A DNA stretch of 18,865 nt from Candidatus Altarchaeum sp. (GTDB lineage: Archaea; Altiarchaeota; Altiarchaeia; Altiarchaeales; Altiarchaeaceae). The stretch spans positions 1-18,865 of the forward strand of contig JAGWDQ010000139.1 in assembly GCA_018260615.1 (NCBI GenBank), in the 5' to 3' direction. Position 1 is the first letter of the stretch, and each line of letters opens with the position of its first letter. Below, in pieces: positions 15,887 through 18,865 of this stretch. Below the pieces are notes generated by a model. That model made no database searches, had not been told where the DNA came from, and saw only the letters and a program-made list of their open reading frames with translations. A program made the position numbers and the translations under genes.

Positions 15887-16768
15887 ATGAATATAGCAAT
15901 TTCACACACGGATGCCGATGGTATATTAGCAGTTGTCATGCTTTTAAAAATAAAACCGGTGGAAAGGGTTTATTTTACCTCTCCTGCAAAGGTAATGAAA
16001 ACAATAGGTAATTCAATCTATACTGACGACATAAAAAATGATTTATATATATTTGACATTTCGGGAAATAAGAAAACAATTGCTGCGTCCTCTGTATTTG
16101 AAAATACCCATTGGATTGACCATCACGAATGGAATGAAAATCTTGATTATATAAAAAATTTTGATAATGTTCAGGCGGTTGTGAATTCCGATGCAAAAAG
16201 TGCGACCCGTGTTGTTGCCGGGCATTTTGGCATAAGTTCAAATTTGGTAACTTATGCGGATGAAATAGACATAAATGAGGTTAAATCACCGGAAAGCGAA
16301 AGAATCCTAAATATTACCGAAAGTTTCAGGGCAACCAGAAATTATTACAAAATGCTTGAATTTGCGAGAAAACTTGCTATTGACGAGAATGAAATGGACA
16401 ATAATGTTTATGATAAAATAATTGAGGAGCGCAAAATTTTGACAGAAAAGGCAATAAATTTTGCAAAGGACATTGTTGTATTTGAAAAAATAAATCTCCT
16501 GAATGTCGGAATAATTGAGACGGGTGAATCGCTTCCGGTAAGTAAAATTTCCGACAATATTGAATGCGACATTCTCGTTGCGGTAATGCATCAAAACGGA
16601 AATGCACCAAGTACAAAAATAGAATTCAGGTCAAATACAGAAGATGTGTTTTATATCGCAAAGGAATTTGGCGGCGGCGGGCATAAATGTGCAAGCGGAG
16701 CAACATTAGAGGGAATAATCGGAAAGGAGTATGTACTGGAAAAGATTAAGGCATTGCTGGAGCATTAA
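15887..16768 (+). CDS. DHH/DHHA1 family phosphoesterase
   Basis: SHTDADG, IFDIS, WIDHH, KIEFRS and FGGGGHKCASGA motifs. Confidence 0.92.
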   Translation: MNIAISHTDADGILAVVMLLKIKPVERVYFTSPAKVMKTIGNSIYTDDIKNDLYIFDISGNKKTIAASSVFENTHWIDHHEWNENLDYIKNFDNVQAVVNSDAKSATRVVAGHFGISSNLVTYADEIDINEVKSPESERILNITESFRATRNYYKMLEFARKLAIDENEMDNNVYDKIIEERKILTEKAINFAKDIVVFEKINLLNVGIIETGESLPVSKISDNIECDILVAVMHQNGNAPSTKIEFRSNTEDVFYIAKEFGGGGHKCASGATLEGIIGKEYVLEKIKALLEH

Positions 16769-17526
16769 ATTTTCTCACAATTCTTCATTCTAAACTGCTT
16801 TTTCTTTCCCGCCTCATTTTCACCTATTAAAAATTTTCCCGTCTTTAAGACCTTGTAAATTTTATCTCTGTATTTTACCATGTCATTGACTTTTATATCG
16901 CTAAACCGCACGAGAATATATCCCCTGTAAATTCTTTGTCCGTCTTTCATGCCCCAAAGTTTACTCGTAAATTTTAATTCCGCACCATCATCGGCAAATT
17001 GTTTGGTTGAAGATGTTCCATAATCCCTTGAAATCAGATAAACATCAAGCCCTTCTTTTAACTCATCAACATCGGAGACAAAATTTTGAGCTATTTTGTT
17101 GAATGTTTCTTTGATTTTTTCTCTGTCACCTCTCAACTGTAAGACCACTTCACAATAATGCCCGGACTTTCTCGAACATGTTTTGCAGGGTGTGTTTATA
17201 ACTTTAACTATTATGTCTTGCTCATTCTCAAATTTTTCATCACGGTATTCACAGAAAAGGACTACTTTCATATTCATAAATTTTTCAGATTTTTCATCTT
17301 TTGAATAGTCAATTTTCAAATCATTTATTTTAACCATTTCCCCGTGAAATATATTTTTCAGGACAATTCTCTTTAAATTTTCTTCCTCCTCGCCAATTTC
17401 GGGAAAAATTTTTCCGCATTTCTTGCAGATTGTAAGTTTAAAATTTTTTATACCTGTGGGATTTCTTTTGAGATAACACTCCTTACATATTCCTTTGCTT
17501 TCCTTTCCGCAAATCGGGCAAAACAT
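16765..17526 (-). CDS. NMD3-family ribosome biogenesis factor
   Basis: CPICG, CKEC, CKKC and CKTCSR zinc motifs, EVVLQLRG, GLDVYL, LWGMKDG..YR; stop shares TTAA with the DHH stop. Confidence 0.88.
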   Translation of the reverse strand: MFCPICGKESKGICKECYLKRNPTGIKNFKLTICKKCGKIFPEIGEEEENLKRIVLKNIFHGEMVKINDLKIDYSKDEKSEKFMNMKVVLFCEYRDEKFENEQDIIVKVINTPCKTCSRKSGHYCEVVLQLRGDREKIKETFNKIAQNFVSDVDELKEGLDVYLISRDYGTSSTKQFADDGAELKFTSKLWGMKDGQRIYRGYILVRFSDIKVNDMVKYRDKIYKVLKTGKFLIGENEAGKKKQFRMKNCEKI

Positions 17527-17577
17527 CTTTTATTTTTTACTTTTAAATTTAGTTAAGAATTTGTAATTTGTTATAAA

Positions 17578-17847
17578 ATGGAGAATAACAATGATAACTA
17601 TGATTTTGAAATTGAAAATATTATAGGAAAAATTAAGAAGGGAAATTTTAAACTTGTTGGCTTGCAGTTTCCGGAAGGGCTTAAAAGGTCTGCTGTCCAG
17701 ATTGCCGGTGAAATAGAGGCCAAAACACAGGCGAAGACAATTATATTTATTGACCCGACTTATGGGGCATGTGATATAAAATTAAGCGATGTGAAAAATT
17801 TAAATATTGATTTGCTTGTTCATTTCGGACATGAGAAATTCAGATAA
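17578..17847 (+). CDS. dph2: Diphthamide biosynthesis Dph2, N-terminal domain only (89 aa)
   Basis: VGLQFPEGLK, PTYGACD and LLVHFGH are Dph2 domain-1 motifs; the ORF ends right after HFGH. Confidence 0.8.
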   Translation: MENNNDNYDFEIENIIGKIKKGNFKLVGLQFPEGLKRSAVQIAGEIEAKTQAKTIIFIDPTYGACDIKLSDVKNLNIDLLVHFGHEKFR

Positions 17848-17886
17848 AAATTTAAATAAACAAACATTTAACCAAATTTAACTAAA

Positions 17887-18243
17887 ATGGAAACCCTAAA
17901 AATAAACGAAATTTCGGAAATTTTAAAATTGCTGAAAAAGAGAAAAATTGACAATTTTGATTTATACACTGTAATAGCACAGGACTATAAAACAAACGAA
18001 ATTTTAATGGTTGCTTATGCGAATGATGAAGCCATAATCAGGACTTATGAAACCGGAAAGGTTCATTACTTTTCAACGAGCAGAAAGCAATTGTGGTTAA
18101 AAGGTGAAACAAGCGGGCATTTCCAGTATGTCAAAGAAATTTATATTGACTGCGACGGGGACGTAATACTTTATAAAATTGAGCAGATTGGGGCGGCGTG
18201 TCATACGGGAAACAGGAGCTGCTTTTTCAGAAAGATTGAATAG
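17887..18243 (+). CDS. hisI: Phosphoribosyl-AMP cyclohydrolase
   Basis: [43 protein letters not shown]. Confidence 0.95.
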   Translation: METLKINEISEILKLLKKRKIDNFDLYTVIAQDYKTNEILMVAYANDEAIIRTYETGKVHYFSTSRKQLWLKGETSGHFQYVKEIYIDCDGDVILYKIEQIGAACHTGNRSCFFRKIE

Positions 18244-18486
18244 AGTAAAACATAACCGTTACACTTCACGATTGTTCCTGCATTTATGACCTTAAAAAAG
18301 GAAATAAAATAGAAAATATAAAATAATTAATACAACTGAAAAATATCCAAATTTAATTATTCTTTTAATATCTAAGTTTGTTAATTTATTATATCTAAAT
18401 TTAATTTATAAATGAATGGCTGATGATAATATAAAATTTAAAAAACAAAAATAAAAGCAATAACCAAAAAACAAAAACAAAATTTT

Positions 18487-18698
18487 TTGTGATGGGCAAG
18501 ATATCTAATGTTCTCTCTTGATAGAGGGATGCTTCTTTTCGGAAGCAAACAAAAGACAACACAGAAAGGTTCCTGAATAGCACGGCAGTTTTGGATGTAT
18601 TGCTGACAATTGCTATTGAGGAATAAATATCGCAGCCAGGCGCCGAAGATGGGCGCTTTACAAGGTCAACGAGAAATGCGAACCTTGCCAAACGGTAA
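18487..18698 (+). ncRNA. Candidate structured non-coding RNA of unknown family
   Basis: Visibly GC-richer island in AT-rich intergenic DNA with several helices; wobble pairs are G-U on the + strand. Not matched to any family I can name with certainty. Confidence 0.55.
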
Positions 18699-18865
18699 AT
18701 ACTAAAAGATATAAATAAAAGATATAAAACAAAAAGTGAGTTATGCAAAATTAAATATATGTGTTATAGGGAAAGATATTCAATTGAAAAGGACAAGAAA
18801 CATTTTTTTATTTTTTTAAATTTAAAAACAAAAAATTTAATATAAAAAGTTAAAAGTTAAAATAT

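Noticed and set aside
15758-15940. Diversity-generating retroelement TR/VR pair
   Set aside because: Differences are not adenine-specific, follow codon positions, lie at the 5' end of the gene, and no reverse transcriptase is present.
317-16616. Remaining short ORFs nested in or antisense to the called genes
   Set aside because: They overlap well-supported genes, show the Phe/Ser/Leu bias of antisense frames and have no motifs.
16765-16768. 4-bp overlap of convergent stops (DHH / NMD3)
   Set aside because: Shared TTAA stops are common in compact AT-rich genomes.
18401-18748. 115-aa minus-strand ORF
   Set aside because: TTG start, low-complexity Phe/Leu composition from A-rich + strand DNA, no motifs; the region is better explained as structured RNA.

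Overview
AT-rich archaeal genomic window. The gene set (class I LysRS, archaeal GluRS, eL21, Rpo4, fibrillarin, NMD3, Dph2) is clearly archaeal; an Altiarchaeota-like origin is my inference only. The backbone is housekeeping: traB-family, gltX, dUTPase, aroK, Zn/HEAT/TPR protein, tRNA-Ala(CGC), queD, lysS, acylphosphatase, rpl21e-rpoF-DUF655, fibrillarin, DHH phosphoesterase, NMD3, an N-terminal Dph2 piece and hisI. Accessory content is an ABC-ATPase + TOPRIM-like pair (defence-like), a truncated rhuM-like gene and two orphan membrane genes. Three signals are not explained by the genes. (1) Five gene termini are locally duplicated (traB 5' 68 bp x3, tRNA-Ala 3' 45 bp x3, lysS 3' 22 bp x2, fibrillarin 5' 112 bp x2, DHH 5' 46 bp x2 diverged synonymously), and at two unrelated loci the copies sandwich the same ~80-95 bp non-coding element whose three homopurine/homopyrimidine tracts co-vary. 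(2) A ~210 nt structured-RNA candidate at 18487-18698 has group I intron-like motifs, possibly in permuted order. (3) The queD stop codon lies inside the tRNA-Ala gene. Several REP/MITE-like palindrome families with compensatory stem changes fill the intergenic regions. No CRISPR array, rRNA, integrase or transposase is visible. All calls come from reading the sequence; no searches were run, and perfect duplications could be assembly artefacts.
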